From: Escherichia coli
Lineage (GTDB): Bacteria; Pseudomonadota; Gammaproteobacteria; Enterobacterales; Enterobacteriaceae
Assembly: GCF_003018255.1 (NCBI RefSeq)
Contig: NZ_CP027440.1
Direction: 5' to 3' (one strand)
Length of the DNA: 64,000 nucleotides
In this document: piece by piece, positions 22,964-32,382 of the stretch
Numbering within the stretch: position 1 is the first letter of the stretch
How the letters are laid out: every line of letters begins with the position of its first letter
The notes under the pieces: generated by a model
Told to the model about the DNA's origin: nothing
What the model saw: the letters and a program-made list of their open reading frames with translations, nothing else
Database searches by the model: none
Translations under genes and position numbers: made by a program

Positions 22964-24025
22964 TTAATCCGGGAAGTTAATCACAACTTTCCCGCATTTG
23001 CCGCTTGCCATCAGTGCATAAGCATCTCCCGCCTGTTCCAGCGAGAAGCGGTGGGTAATGGCGTTACGCGGCCACAGTTTCCAGTCCGTTAAATCGTGGG
23101 CGCATTTTTCCATATGGAACAGACTGGTCACCCAGGAGCCGATAATCCGCCGTTGATGGTGCATCAGGTCGGCGCTAACCTCGAACTCGACTTTTCCGGT
23201 TTCACCAATGTAAACCACGCGTCCCCAGTCAGCGGTGGATTGCAGTGCCAGTAAGCGACCTGCGGCATTACCGGAACAATCAAGCGCAACATCCGCGCCG
23301 CCGTGAGTGAGTTCGGCGATTATCTGCGGCAGACCTTCGGTGGTCGCTAAATAGCCGTGATCCATCACTCCTAACTGTTTCGCCATCGCCAGACGTTCCG
23401 GCAGCATATCAACGCCGATGATCCTTTTTGCACCGCGACCTTTCGCCAGCATCATCGCCATCATGCCGACCGGCCCCAGACCGACCACCAGTACGTTATC
23501 ACTGCCGGAAACTTCGCCGCGCAAAATCCCTTCATACGCTGTACCAACGCCGCAACTGATAAACGCACCATCTTCGTAACTCAGTGCATCCGGCAGGAGG
23601 ATCAGATCTTTTTCTTCCGCCAGCAGATATTCGGCATGACCGCCGTCACGCTGCCAGCCGTAAGCCGCTTTTCCTTCGCCAGTACAAGAGATAGGAAAGC
23701 CGCGACGGCAGTTCGGGCAAAAACCACAGCCAGAAATGTGATACACCAGCACACGGTCGCCCTCTTTAAAATGGCGGCAGCCTTGCCCCATCGCCACAAT
23801 CTGCCCGCACGGTTCATGACCGTTGATAAATCCCTGGTATAACGGTTTATCGGGTGCCGCTGCCGTGGCACGGTGTTGATGATAGATATAGTGGACATCG
23901 CTTCCGCAAATCCCGGAGGATTTCATTTTGATCAGTACCTGGTTAATCCCCGGCGTCGGCACCGCAACTTCCCGCAGATCGACGGTCGAATTTCCTGGTA
24001 AATAAGCTGCCAGCATCGTTTTCAT
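22964..24025 (-). CDS. yphC: Zn-dependent alcohol/polyol dehydrogenase (MDR family)
   Basis: ORF track 22964..24058; start moved to MKTMLAAYLPGN..., 353 aa; GICGSDVH zinc motif, GHEPCG and VVGLGPVG Rossmann motif. Confidence 0.9.
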   Translation of the reverse strand: MKTMLAAYLPGNSTVDLREVAVPTPGINQVLIKMKSSGICGSDVHYIYHQHRATAAAPDKPLYQGFINGHEPCGQIVAMGQGCRHFKEGDRVLVYHISGCGFCPNCRRGFPISCTGEGKAAYGWQRDGGHAEYLLAEEKDLILLPDALSYEDGAFISCGVGTAYEGILRGEVSGSDNVLVVGLGPVGMMAMMLAKGRGAKRIIGVDMLPERLAMAKQLGVMDHGYLATTEGLPQIIAELTHGGADVALDCSGNAAGRLLALQSTADWGRVVYIGETGKVEFEVSADLMHHQRRIIGSWVTSLFHMEKCAHDLTDWKLWPRNAITHRFSLEQAGDAYALMASGKCGKVVINFPD

Positions 24026-24090
24026 AAATCCCTCATTAACAATACGATTAATTTTCATCCCTGCCGCACCCGCGCCAGGGGCGTTAAGGT

Positions 24091-25089
24091 TTAGCGTTTC
24101 GCTTTACTGCTACGCTGAGTCAGCAAGATATTCGCCAGCACCGCCACCACGATGATGACGCCGCGCACCACCTGCTGGAAAAAGGAGTTAATCCCGAGCA
24201 GCACCAGACCGTTACCGATTAGCGTAATCACCAGTACGCCAAGCAGCGTACCGAACAACGAGCCGCGACCACCGGAAAGCGCCGTACCGCCAACCACGAC
24301 CGCGGCGATGACGTCAAACTCCAGACCGTTTGCGGCACCTGCGTTACCGGAACCGAGGCGCGCCGCCAACAAAATGCCGGTCACCGCCGCTAATAATCCC
24401 GAAAGGGTAAAGATAAGAATGCGTACCCGACGAACGTTAATACCGCACAACTGTGCTGCAGTGGCATTACCGCCAACGGCAAAAACCGAGCGCCCGAAGG
24501 CGGTTTTGCGGCTGATGAACACAAACAGCGCAAACAATACCATCATGATCAGCGCGGATACCGGCACACCGAGAAATTGTCCCCCCAGCCAGTCCAGCAC
24601 TTCGTTTTCATCAATCGGCACTGGCAAGGCGTTGGTCATAAACAGCCCCATTCCGCGCAGGGCGCTCCATAAACCCAGCGTGGCAACAAAACTTGGCACG
24701 TTAAACACGCCGCGCAGCACCCCGGCGAGCGTTCCCATCAGCGCGCCTAACAGCAACACCAGCAGACACGCCACCGCCAGCGGAACTTCAAATTGCAGCA
24801 AAAATGCCAGGCACACCGAGACAAAAGCCACCATCGGACCAACGCTGACATCAATTTCACCGGAGATAATAATCAGCGTCATCGCCCATGCGGCGATCCC
24901 GATGGTGGCGGCATCGCGCAGCACGTTCATCTGGTTATTCAATGAGATAAAGCCAGGCGCGTTCAGAGAGAAGACCAGATAAAGAATGGCGATCACCACC
25001 AGCAAACCGATCTCATTAATATGGCGACTGACAAATTGTTTGAGCGAGACGCTCTTGCCCTGCGGCAATAGTAATGACGAAGCAGACAT
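24091..25089 (-). CDS. yphD: sugar ABC transporter permease (RbsC/AraH-like)
   Basis: ORF track, 332 aa, polytopic membrane protein. Confidence 0.9.
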   Translation of the reverse strand: MSASSLLLPQGKSVSLKQFVSRHINEIGLLVVIAILYLVFSLNAPGFISLNNQMNVLRDAATIGIAAWAMTLIIISGEIDVSVGPMVAFVSVCLAFLLQFEVPLAVACLLVLLLGALMGTLAGVLRGVFNVPSFVATLGLWSALRGMGLFMTNALPVPIDENEVLDWLGGQFLGVPVSALIMMVLFALFVFISRKTAFGRSVFAVGGNATAAQLCGINVRRVRILIFTLSGLLAAVTGILLAARLGSGNAGAANGLEFDVIAAVVVGGTALSGGRGSLFGTLLGVLVITLIGNGLVLLGINSFFQQVVRGVIIVVAVLANILLTQRSSKAKR

Positions 25090-25113
25090 CTTCAGGTTCC
25101 TCGGTAAAATTCA

Positions 25114-26625
25114 TCAGTGCACAGACAGAATGGCGGACATCAGCTCATCCACATTGACCGGAGCGTGAAACTCCTGCGAGAACGTACCGTGCTGTAACAA
25201 CAGAATGCGGTCGCACACCAGCGGCAACTCCTCCACTTCACTGGAGATAAACACCACGCTTTTTCCTTCGGCAGCCAGCTCGCGGACAATACGGTAAATC
25301 TGCTGTTTGGCTTCGATATCGACGCCACGCGTTGGCTCGTCGAGCAACAAAATCTGGCTGGCGGCATAGACCCAACGACCGATCACCACTTTTTGCTGAT
25401 TGCCGCCAGAAAGCGTGCCGATGGGCGTTTCGCTACTGGCGGCCTTGACCGTCATCCGCTGCATCACCTCTTCGGTCAGGCGGCGGATGGTGGACCATTG
25501 CAGCACACCGTTGGCGCTGATTTTTTGCCGATTGGTCAGCACTGTATTTTCGTCAACGCCCAGCCAGGGAATGATCCCCGCATCTTTGCGGTTTTCTGGC
25601 GTATAGCCAATGCCGCGTTTCAGCATGTCGCCGTAATCGGGGCGAGTGATTTTCTCGCCGTTGATAACAATTTCGCCCTGTTCATACGTCTCCAGCCCAA
25701 CTATGGCTTTCAACAATTCACTGCGCCCTGCCCCCAGCAGGCCAGCAATGCCGAGTACTTCGCCACGACGGAGCGTAAAGCTGATATCCTCCAGCTTGGG
25801 CTTATGGCGTAACGCACGGACTTCCAGCACGGCCTGATCGACAATTTCCTGAGGGGAAACCGGCGCAATATCAACGTGATCGCGCCCGAGCATTAGCGAC
25901 ACAATATGATGCGTGGAGGTGTTTTCGAGCATCACATCGCCCGCCACCTGACCATCGCGCATAACGGTGGCACAGGAGGCAATGCGGCGAATTTCTTCCA
26001 TCCGGTGGCTGACATAAATCACCGCCACGCCCAGTGCCGACATCTTTTTCACCGCGCTGATCACCAGTTCAACCTCCGCACTGGCAAGCGAGCTGGTGGG
26101 TTCATCAAGAATGACCACGCGCGGCTCGCCCTTCATCACCCGCGCAATTTCCACCAGCTGCTTTTGCGCCGGGCTTAGTGTTGAAACAAGTTGTTCAGGA
26201 CTAACGTCAACGCCCAACGCCTGCAAGCAACGTTGGGCGTCCTGCGCCATTTGCAGGTAATCAATCATGCCGTTGCGGCGGGGCCACTGACCGAGGCAGA
26301 GGTTTTCCGCCACTGTCAGCCCTTCCACCAGACTTAACTCCTGATAAACCGCGCGTACCCCCAGTTCAGCGGCACGGCGAGTCAGCGTAGCTTCGTCACC
26401 TTCCAGTCGCGTCTCGCCAATCCAGATATCACCGCTATCCGGACGTTCGCTACCGGTAAGCATTCGAATGAGGGTCGATTTTCCCGCACCGTTTTTGCCT
26501 AACAGCGCACGAACTTCGCCTTTATTGAGCGTGAAGTTAACGTTATCCAGCGCAACGACGCCGGGATAACGCTTATTTCCTGCCACCACTTTTGCTACCG
26601 GGACTGCCTCTGTTGCTGTGAACAT
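25114..26625 (-). CDS. yphE: sugar ABC transporter ATPase with tandem nucleotide-binding domains
   Basis: ORF track, 503 aa; Walker A GKNGAGKST, second Walker A-like GLLGAGRSEL, signature LSGGNQQK. Confidence 0.92.
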   Translation of the reverse strand: MFTATEAVPVAKVVAGNKRYPGVVALDNVNFTLNKGEVRALLGKNGAGKSTLIRMLTGSERPDSGDIWIGETRLEGDEATLTRRAAELGVRAVYQELSLVEGLTVAENLCLGQWPRRNGMIDYLQMAQDAQRCLQALGVDVSPEQLVSTLSPAQKQLVEIARVMKGEPRVVILDEPTSSLASAEVELVISAVKKMSALGVAVIYVSHRMEEIRRIASCATVMRDGQVAGDVMLENTSTHHIVSLMLGRDHVDIAPVSPQEIVDQAVLEVRALRHKPKLEDISFTLRRGEVLGIAGLLGAGRSELLKAIVGLETYEQGEIVINGEKITRPDYGDMLKRGIGYTPENRKDAGIIPWLGVDENTVLTNRQKISANGVLQWSTIRRLTEEVMQRMTVKAASSETPIGTLSGGNQQKVVIGRWVYAASQILLLDEPTRGVDIEAKQQIYRIVRELAAEGKSVVFISSEVEELPLVCDRILLLQHGTFSQEFHAPVNVDELMSAILSVH

Positions 26626-26647
26626 AGGGACCTCTGCGAATCAGCGA

Positions 26648-27631
26648 TTAGGGCAGACCATCAACGTGCGTTGCCAGCCACTGTTTACCGTCTTCCGTTT
26701 TGGTATAGAGATCGATTGGCACCTGAATCACTTTTTCACCGTCGGCTTGTTTATTGATAACCTTCAAAGTTTGCGCGAAAACAGCATTGCCCATTTTCTT
26801 ACCGGAAATATCCACCACCGCTTTCAGCACCTGATTGTTTTCCAGCTCCTGAGCAATTTCAGTGGTCATATCCGAACCGAAAACAGCAATTTTTCCGGCC
26901 TGATTTTGATTACGTACCGCTTTTACCGCGCCGAGTGTCGCACCGCCCGATTCCCCCATAATGGCGTTGAGATCCGGCGTGGAGATAATTAGTTTTTCAC
27001 CAACGGAAATCGCTTTATCTAAAACAGTCCCTTCCTGATTAGCGACTATTTGCGCGCCGGGAACGCGGGATTTTAATACCTCTTCAAATCCTTTACGTCG
27101 CTGCACACAAACTTCAAAGGCTTCGCAATTGATGACGGCAATTTTCGGCTGGTCAATTTTATTGGCAATAAAATAATCGGCGGCAGCGTTACCCAGTTTT
27201 TTACCAAATTCCAGCGGATCGCCGACCAGATACGCCGAGACATATTTATCGACACCTTTTTGATTAATACAGGTGTTGTAGCAAATCACCGGAATACCCG
27301 CTTCACTGGCGCGACGAACGGTACGACTACTGCCATTTTCAGACACTGCCGATAAAATAATGGCATCGACATTACGCGCCACGAGGGTATCAACAAAGGT
27401 ACTTTCTTTCGAAATATCGCCCTGAGCGTTAGTTTCAATTAACTGTACCTGTACTGAAGAATCTTTTGCCGCATCCTGAACGCCCTGACGCACTCCGGCG
27501 TAATATCCCTGGGTATCAAGGTATATTGCGCCAATAGTCATTTCTTTATCCGCAGCCCTGGCAAATAGTGCGCTACCCAATAGCGTAGCCATTAATAATA
27601 AATTACGGGTTCTTGTCATTTTTTTAGGCAT
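26648..27631 (-). CDS. yphF: periplasmic sugar-binding protein of an ABC transporter
   Basis: ORF track, 327 aa; N-terminal signal peptide MPKKMTRTRNLLLMATLLGSALFARA. Confidence 0.9.
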   Translation of the reverse strand: MPKKMTRTRNLLLMATLLGSALFARAADKEMTIGAIYLDTQGYYAGVRQGVQDAAKDSSVQVQLIETNAQGDISKESTFVDTLVARNVDAIILSAVSENGSSRTVRRASEAGIPVICYNTCINQKGVDKYVSAYLVGDPLEFGKKLGNAAADYFIANKIDQPKIAVINCEAFEVCVQRRKGFEEVLKSRVPGAQIVANQEGTVLDKAISVGEKLIISTPDLNAIMGESGGATLGAVKAVRNQNQAGKIAVFGSDMTTEIAQELENNQVLKAVVDISGKKMGNAVFAQTLKVINKQADGEKVIQVPIDLYTKTEDGKQWLATHVDGLP

Positions 27632-27727
27632 AGTGCCTCCTGTAGGGTTTTTATTTACAACGGCTTATTTTAATTATTTGAGCGTGAGCGGCAGCGCGTG
27701 CCGCTCAAATATTACAGTTAATAAGGT

Positions 27728-30700
27728 TTAGTGAACGTAGCTAAAAATAAAAGGCATCACGGTGGTGAATAATGCCGCTTTCGGCCAGGCTGGATTAATC
27801 GCCATCAATTCAGCGCGAGCAGATTCATAGTGCGCAACCTCCCCGAGTCCCGCGGACGCCAGCATCGCCACCATCAGGCATTTTTCTTTATGCTGCTGTT
27901 GTAAATCGCCATACAGCGACAACAGGTCAGGTTGTGAAACAGCAAAGAAATCCGCCTCGATACTGGTTTTCGCCATCTCTTGCGCCCACTGTTTCATTTC
28001 ACTAAACAGTTGCTGTGCGGTGTGTTGTTCGCCCAGCAGTCGCAGCGCCATTCCTTGCCAGAAGAGATAATCAACCGGCTGATCGTTGTAATAACTGTGA
28101 ATGTTAATGGTGCGATCGCCAGTCGCCGCCAGACGTAAACAACGCGTCGCTTCAGTTTCATCGCCCTGCGCGTTGGCGCATATCGCCTGCCAGAACCAGA
28201 TGTCGTTGTCAGTTTGCCCCGGTAAACGGCCTTCGCTTAAATTCTCCGGATAATGCAACGCGGCATGAAGCAGTTCGCTGGCCTGCTGCGGCTCTCTGGC
28301 ATCAAGATGCTGCCAGGCGCGTAATAACTGGTTGAGGATAAACTGACTGGTGATCTTCCCTTCCCCGCCTTCCCACGGGTGGAATTTGCGCGTGGCGAGA
28401 ATGTCCGCCGCTTTGTCTGCCTGACCCGTGAGATGCCACAAATTGAGCAGTTCTGCGGTCATGTCGTCGCGTTTCAGCGCAATTTCCAGATTATTTTCCA
28501 GACGCGCCAGTCGTTTCTCCGGTGTGACACCGCTTAACTTATCCAGCAAATCCCGTTCGAAAAGCAGACGTGCATCCTGCGGCGCAAGCTGATAAGCATT
28601 ATCAAGATAACGCGCGGCCAGCTCATAATCGTGTTGCTTATTCCACGCATGGATCGCTAACCCGCGCCAGCCGTCGGCAAACTCCGGCGACATCTCTACG
28701 CAACGTTGCCATAAAGTAATGGCTTTGTTGTAGCTGCACTTGTTGTAGTAGAAGCAGGCCAGTAAATGACGGGCAAACCAGCACTCTTCAATACTCTCCA
28801 GCGCCGCCACTTCTTCCAGCGTATTCGGGAAACGGACAAACTGTGGGAAGACATCAATGGCTTTTGTGACCAGTTCGCCGCGTTCAGCTTTCGGCAGCAA
28901 GCTGGCTTGCAAGTAAAGCGGCAGCGTGCGCTGGCAGTCCAGTGCGTTCAGCATCTCTGCCGCCAGGGTGGGCATTCCCCAGTTAATCAGTTGCCCGGCG
29001 GTCATCAGGGCGTTAACGTCGCGTCCCTGACACAGACCGCGCCACTGCGCGAGGGCTGATTCGCTACGACCATCGAACCAGTTCAGCCACCACAGAGTGG
29101 CGTTCAGCGGATAATCACGCAGCAGTTTCTCGCGCTGCAAACGCGCGTTGTCCTGACGACCACTTAACACCAGCAGCAGATTATGCAGGCAAAGCACTTC
29201 CTGATTGGTTGGGCAGGCGCGAAGACTTTGTTGGCAAAAATCCAGACCAGCGTCGAAGTGACCATTACGCGCCGCCAGCCGTGCCAGACCATAATAGCCA
29301 CCTGCTTTACTGTTGCCGCTCCAGACCGCCCGCCAGAAATCCTCTTCGGCTTGTTGATATTGCCCCTGACGTTCGTAAGCACTGGCGCGAATCAAACTCG
29401 CCTGTCCGCACTGCGGATTTTTGTTTAGCGCATGTGCGCGTTTCAGCGCCTGAGTGGCATACGCCACCGCTTGCGGGAAATCTGCTCGGTTATATTCCAG
29501 CATCGCCAGCGCCAGGTTACAGCGATAATCCAGCGGATCCAGCGCCACGCCGCGCAGGTAGTAATCGAACGGTGAACGGCTGGCGTGATGATATTGCTCC
29601 AGATGCTGACCGATAAACCAGGCTTCATCTGTACTGGTAATGTCTTGTGCTGCCAGTGGCGCTTTGGCGACGTCCGGCAACGGCAACTCTTGCGGCTGAT
29701 GTTCCTGATAACTCAGTGTGATATTGCCGTCGGCATCGGAGAGTTCAATGGTCAGCCTTTCAGGATTGATACCGTGCAACACGCCCTGGATGGCGGTCGC
29801 TGGTGTCAGGGCCACGGCATCATCGAGCAACGCGTTGCATTTGCCGATTTCGCGGATCGCCAGACGGTATCCTTTCAACGGAGAGATGGCATACAGCCCC
29901 CACTCAATCCCCCGCTCGCTACGCTGGAGTTTAATCACCGCATCGCGGGAGGCGTTTTGCACCATGCCCAAAGAATGGTAAGGCAGGAAATACTGCTCAA
30001 AACGCTTCTCTTCGTAAGCATCAAGCCAGGTAAAATCGGGCTGGTTATCGGCAAAAATACCAGTCATCAGTTCGATATACGGGCCGTTATTGTCGGTCAG
30101 ACTCTTATCCCACGCCTGGCCAAATTCACTGTGTCCCCAGCTCCACTGTTTTTTACCTGGCGCAATATGGTGGTTGGCAACGTGCAGCAAACCGCCATCT
30201 TCATCGTGACACCACGCGCCAACAAAATCGTACTGTGATTTTTCAGCCATATATGAGGTTGGAACGGGCACATTTTTATAGCGAGAAATGTCCACTCCGG
30301 CGGAGTAGTCCACTTTGTAGTAAGTGCCGGTGGCGATGGGGAAAGCGGAGACGGCCCGTTTGCCGTGATCAAACACCGCCGTTACATCCGGCGGGAAGAC
30401 GCTCTGATGCCCTTCACCCCCTTTCACTGCCGGGTTGGCCCACCACAAGAAATGACGCGGCGTGGCGTTGCCGTTATAGACGCGGCTGGCAATTTCCAGT
30501 GCCGCCCGGTCAGGGCGCAGGGTGAAACCTGTCATCACCTGTAAACCGTGCATCGGCTCCGTTTCGCCGACCCACACGGTTTGTGCGCCGTCTTCATGGG
30601 CTTCGAGGGTGAAATCGACGGGCATAAAGGTGGTCGGGCGATGGTGTTGCGGCCAGTTAAACTCAATCCCGCCGGAGATCCACGGCCCCAGCAACCCCAC

Positions 30701-31009
30701 CAGCGCCGGTTTAATGACTTCATTATGATAGACAAAATCGCGCTGTTTCACTTTATCCCACGCGCGATGCACCCGACCGCCCAGCTCCGGCAGGATCATC
30801 ACTTTGATGTAGTCGTTTTCCAGCCACACCGCCTGCCAGGATTTCAGGGTTTTCTGCTCGCTCAGCGTATCGGTCACGCCGTAGGGATAAACCGCGCCGG
30901 ACGATCCCTGATAAACGCGATTTTCCAGGAACATGGGATGTATATCCTGCGGCCCGGTTTCATAGGTCGGGATCTCAACGCGCTCTTGCCACACTTTTAC
31001 TGGAGTCAT
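27728..31009 (-). CDS. yphG: large conserved protein of unknown function: N-terminal domain plus TPR-like helical repeats
   Basis: ORF track 27728..31102; start moved to ATG at 31007-31009 (MTPVKVWQERVEIPTYE...) behind a GAGG Shine-Dalgarno, 1093 aa. No obvious signal peptide. The C-terminal two thirds look like helical TPR repeats by composition; this is an impression, not a domain search. Confidence 0.88.
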   Translation of the reverse strand: MTPVKVWQERVEIPTYETGPQDIHPMFLENRVYQGSSGAVYPYGVTDTLSEQKTLKSWQAVWLENDYIKVMILPELGGRVHRAWDKVKQRDFVYHNEVIKPALVGLLGPWISGGIEFNWPQHHRPTTFMPVDFTLEAHEDGAQTVWVGETEPMHGLQVMTGFTLRPDRAALEIASRVYNGNATPRHFLWWANPAVKGGEGHQSVFPPDVTAVFDHGKRAVSAFPIATGTYYKVDYSAGVDISRYKNVPVPTSYMAEKSQYDFVGAWCHDEDGGLLHVANHHIAPGKKQWSWGHSEFGQAWDKSLTDNNGPYIELMTGIFADNQPDFTWLDAYEEKRFEQYFLPYHSLGMVQNASRDAVIKLQRSERGIEWGLYAISPLKGYRLAIREIGKCNALLDDAVALTPATAIQGVLHGINPERLTIELSDADGNITLSYQEHQPQELPLPDVAKAPLAAQDITSTDEAWFIGQHLEQYHHASRSPFDYYLRGVALDPLDYRCNLALAMLEYNRADFPQAVAYATQALKRAHALNKNPQCGQASLIRASAYERQGQYQQAEEDFWRAVWSGNSKAGGYYGLARLAARNGHFDAGLDFCQQSLRACPTNQEVLCLHNLLLVLSGRQDNARLQREKLLRDYPLNATLWWLNWFDGRSESALAQWRGLCQGRDVNALMTAGQLINWGMPTLAAEMLNALDCQRTLPLYLQASLLPKAERGELVTKAIDVFPQFVRFPNTLEEVAALESIEECWFARHLLACFYYNKCSYNKAITLWQRCVEMSPEFADGWRGLAIHAWNKQHDYELAARYLDNAYQLAPQDARLLFERDLLDKLSGVTPEKRLARLENNLEIALKRDDMTAELLNLWHLTGQADKAADILATRKFHPWEGGEGKITSQFILNQLLRAWQHLDAREPQQASELLHAALHYPENLSEGRLPGQTDNDIWFWQAICANAQGDETEATRCLRLAATGDRTINIHSYYNDQPVDYLFWQGMALRLLGEQHTAQQLFSEMKQWAQEMAKTSIEADFFAVSQPDLLSLYGDLQQQHKEKCLMVAMLASAGLGEVAHYESARAELMAINPAWPKAALFTTVMPFIFSYVH

Positions 31010-31126
31010 GGTGCCCTCAATATTAACAAGACATACTGAATTAAAAGATTTGTGGCAGTGTATTGAACAATCTGGCAATGTTTTCGCGGAATAATCACGC
31101 AATTAACTAAACAAGGTTTAGTGAAG

Positions 31127-32320
31127 ATGAGAGCCTGCATTAATAATCAACAGATTCGCCACCATAACAAATGCGTGATTCTGGAACTGCTGTACCGGCA
31201 AAAGCGCGCCAATAAATCAACGCTGGCCCGGCTGGCGCAAATTTCGATTCCGGCGGTCAGTAATATTTTGCAGGAACTGGAAAGCGAAAAACGGGTGGTG
31301 AATATCGACGATGAAAGCCAGACGCGCGGGCATAGTAGCGGTACATGGCTGATTGCGCCGGAAGGTGACTGGACGTTGTGCCTGAACGTGACGCCCACCA
31401 GTATTGAGTGTCAGGTTGCTAATGCTTGTTTAAGTCCGAAAGGTGAATTTGAGTATTTACAGATTGATGCACCGACGCCGCAGGCGCTGCTGTCCGAAAT
31501 CGAAAAATGCTGGCATCGCCACCGTAAATTGTGGCCGGACCGTACCATCAACCTGGCGCTGGCAATCCACGGTCAGGTTGATCCGGTGACCGGCGTGTCG
31601 CAAACCATGCCGCAAGCGCCGTGGACAACGCCGGTTGAGGTAAAGTATCTGCTGGAAGAGAAGCTCGGCATTCGGGTGATGGTCGATAATGACTGCGTGA
31701 TGCTGGCGCTGGCGGAGAAATGGCAAAATAATTCGCAGGAACGGGATTTCTGCGTGATCAACGTTGATTACGGCATTGGCTCGTCGTTCGTGATTAACGA
31801 GCAAATTTATCGCGGCTGTTTGTATGGTAGCGGACAGATTGGTCACACCATCGTTAATCCGGATGGCGTCGTCTGCGACTGTGGACGTTACGGCTGCCTG
31901 GAAACCGTCGCCTCGTTAAGTGCATTAAAAAAACAGGCGCGGGTATGGCTAAAATCACAACCGGTTAATACTCAGCTTGATCCTGAAAAACTGACAACAG
32001 CGCAGTTAATCGCTGCCTGGCAGAGTGGAGAACCGTGGATCACCAGCTGGGTTGATCGCTCTGCCAATGCCATTGGTTTGAGTCTGTATAACTTCCTCAA
32101 CATCCTCAATATTAATCAGATTTGGTTGTACGGTCGCAGTTGTGCCTTTGGTGAGCACTGGCTTAATACCATTATTCGCCAGACGGGATTTAACCCGTTC
32201 GACCGCGACGAAGGACCGAGCGTGAAAGCGACGAAAATTGGCTTTGGGCAATTAAGCCGCGCACAACAGGTGCTGGGGATTGGCTATTTGTATGTTGAGG
32301 CGCAGTTACGACAGATTTGA
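31127..32320 (+). CDS. yphH: ROK/NagC-family transcriptional regulator
   Basis: ORF track 31121..32320 starts at a GTG; ATG at 31127 preferred (MRACINNQQIRHHNKCVILELL...), 397 aa; N-terminal HTH; ROK zinc motif CDCGRYGCLE. Confidence 0.88.
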   Translation: MRACINNQQIRHHNKCVILELLYRQKRANKSTLARLAQISIPAVSNILQELESEKRVVNIDDESQTRGHSSGTWLIAPEGDWTLCLNVTPTSIECQVANACLSPKGEFEYLQIDAPTPQALLSEIEKCWHRHRKLWPDRTINLALAIHGQVDPVTGVSQTMPQAPWTTPVEVKYLLEEKLGIRVMVDNDCVMLALAEKWQNNSQERDFCVINVDYGIGSSFVINEQIYRGCLYGSGQIGHTIVNPDGVVCDCGRYGCLETVASLSALKKQARVWLKSQPVNTQLDPEKLTTAQLIAAWQSGEPWITSWVDRSANAIGLSLYNFLNILNINQIWLYGRSCAFGEHWLNTIIRQTGFNPFDRDEGPSVKATKIGFGQLSRAQQVLGIGYLYVEAQLRQI

Positions 32321-32382
32321 TGGCGCGATAACGTAGAAAGGCTTCCCGAAGGAAGCCTTTTTCAACAGATTAACCGTTTCGC

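Noticed and set aside
24152-24982. 276-aa plus-strand ORF antisense to yphD (Pro/Thr/Ser-rich)
   Set aside because: Low-complexity antisense translation of a membrane-protein gene; no supporting signals.
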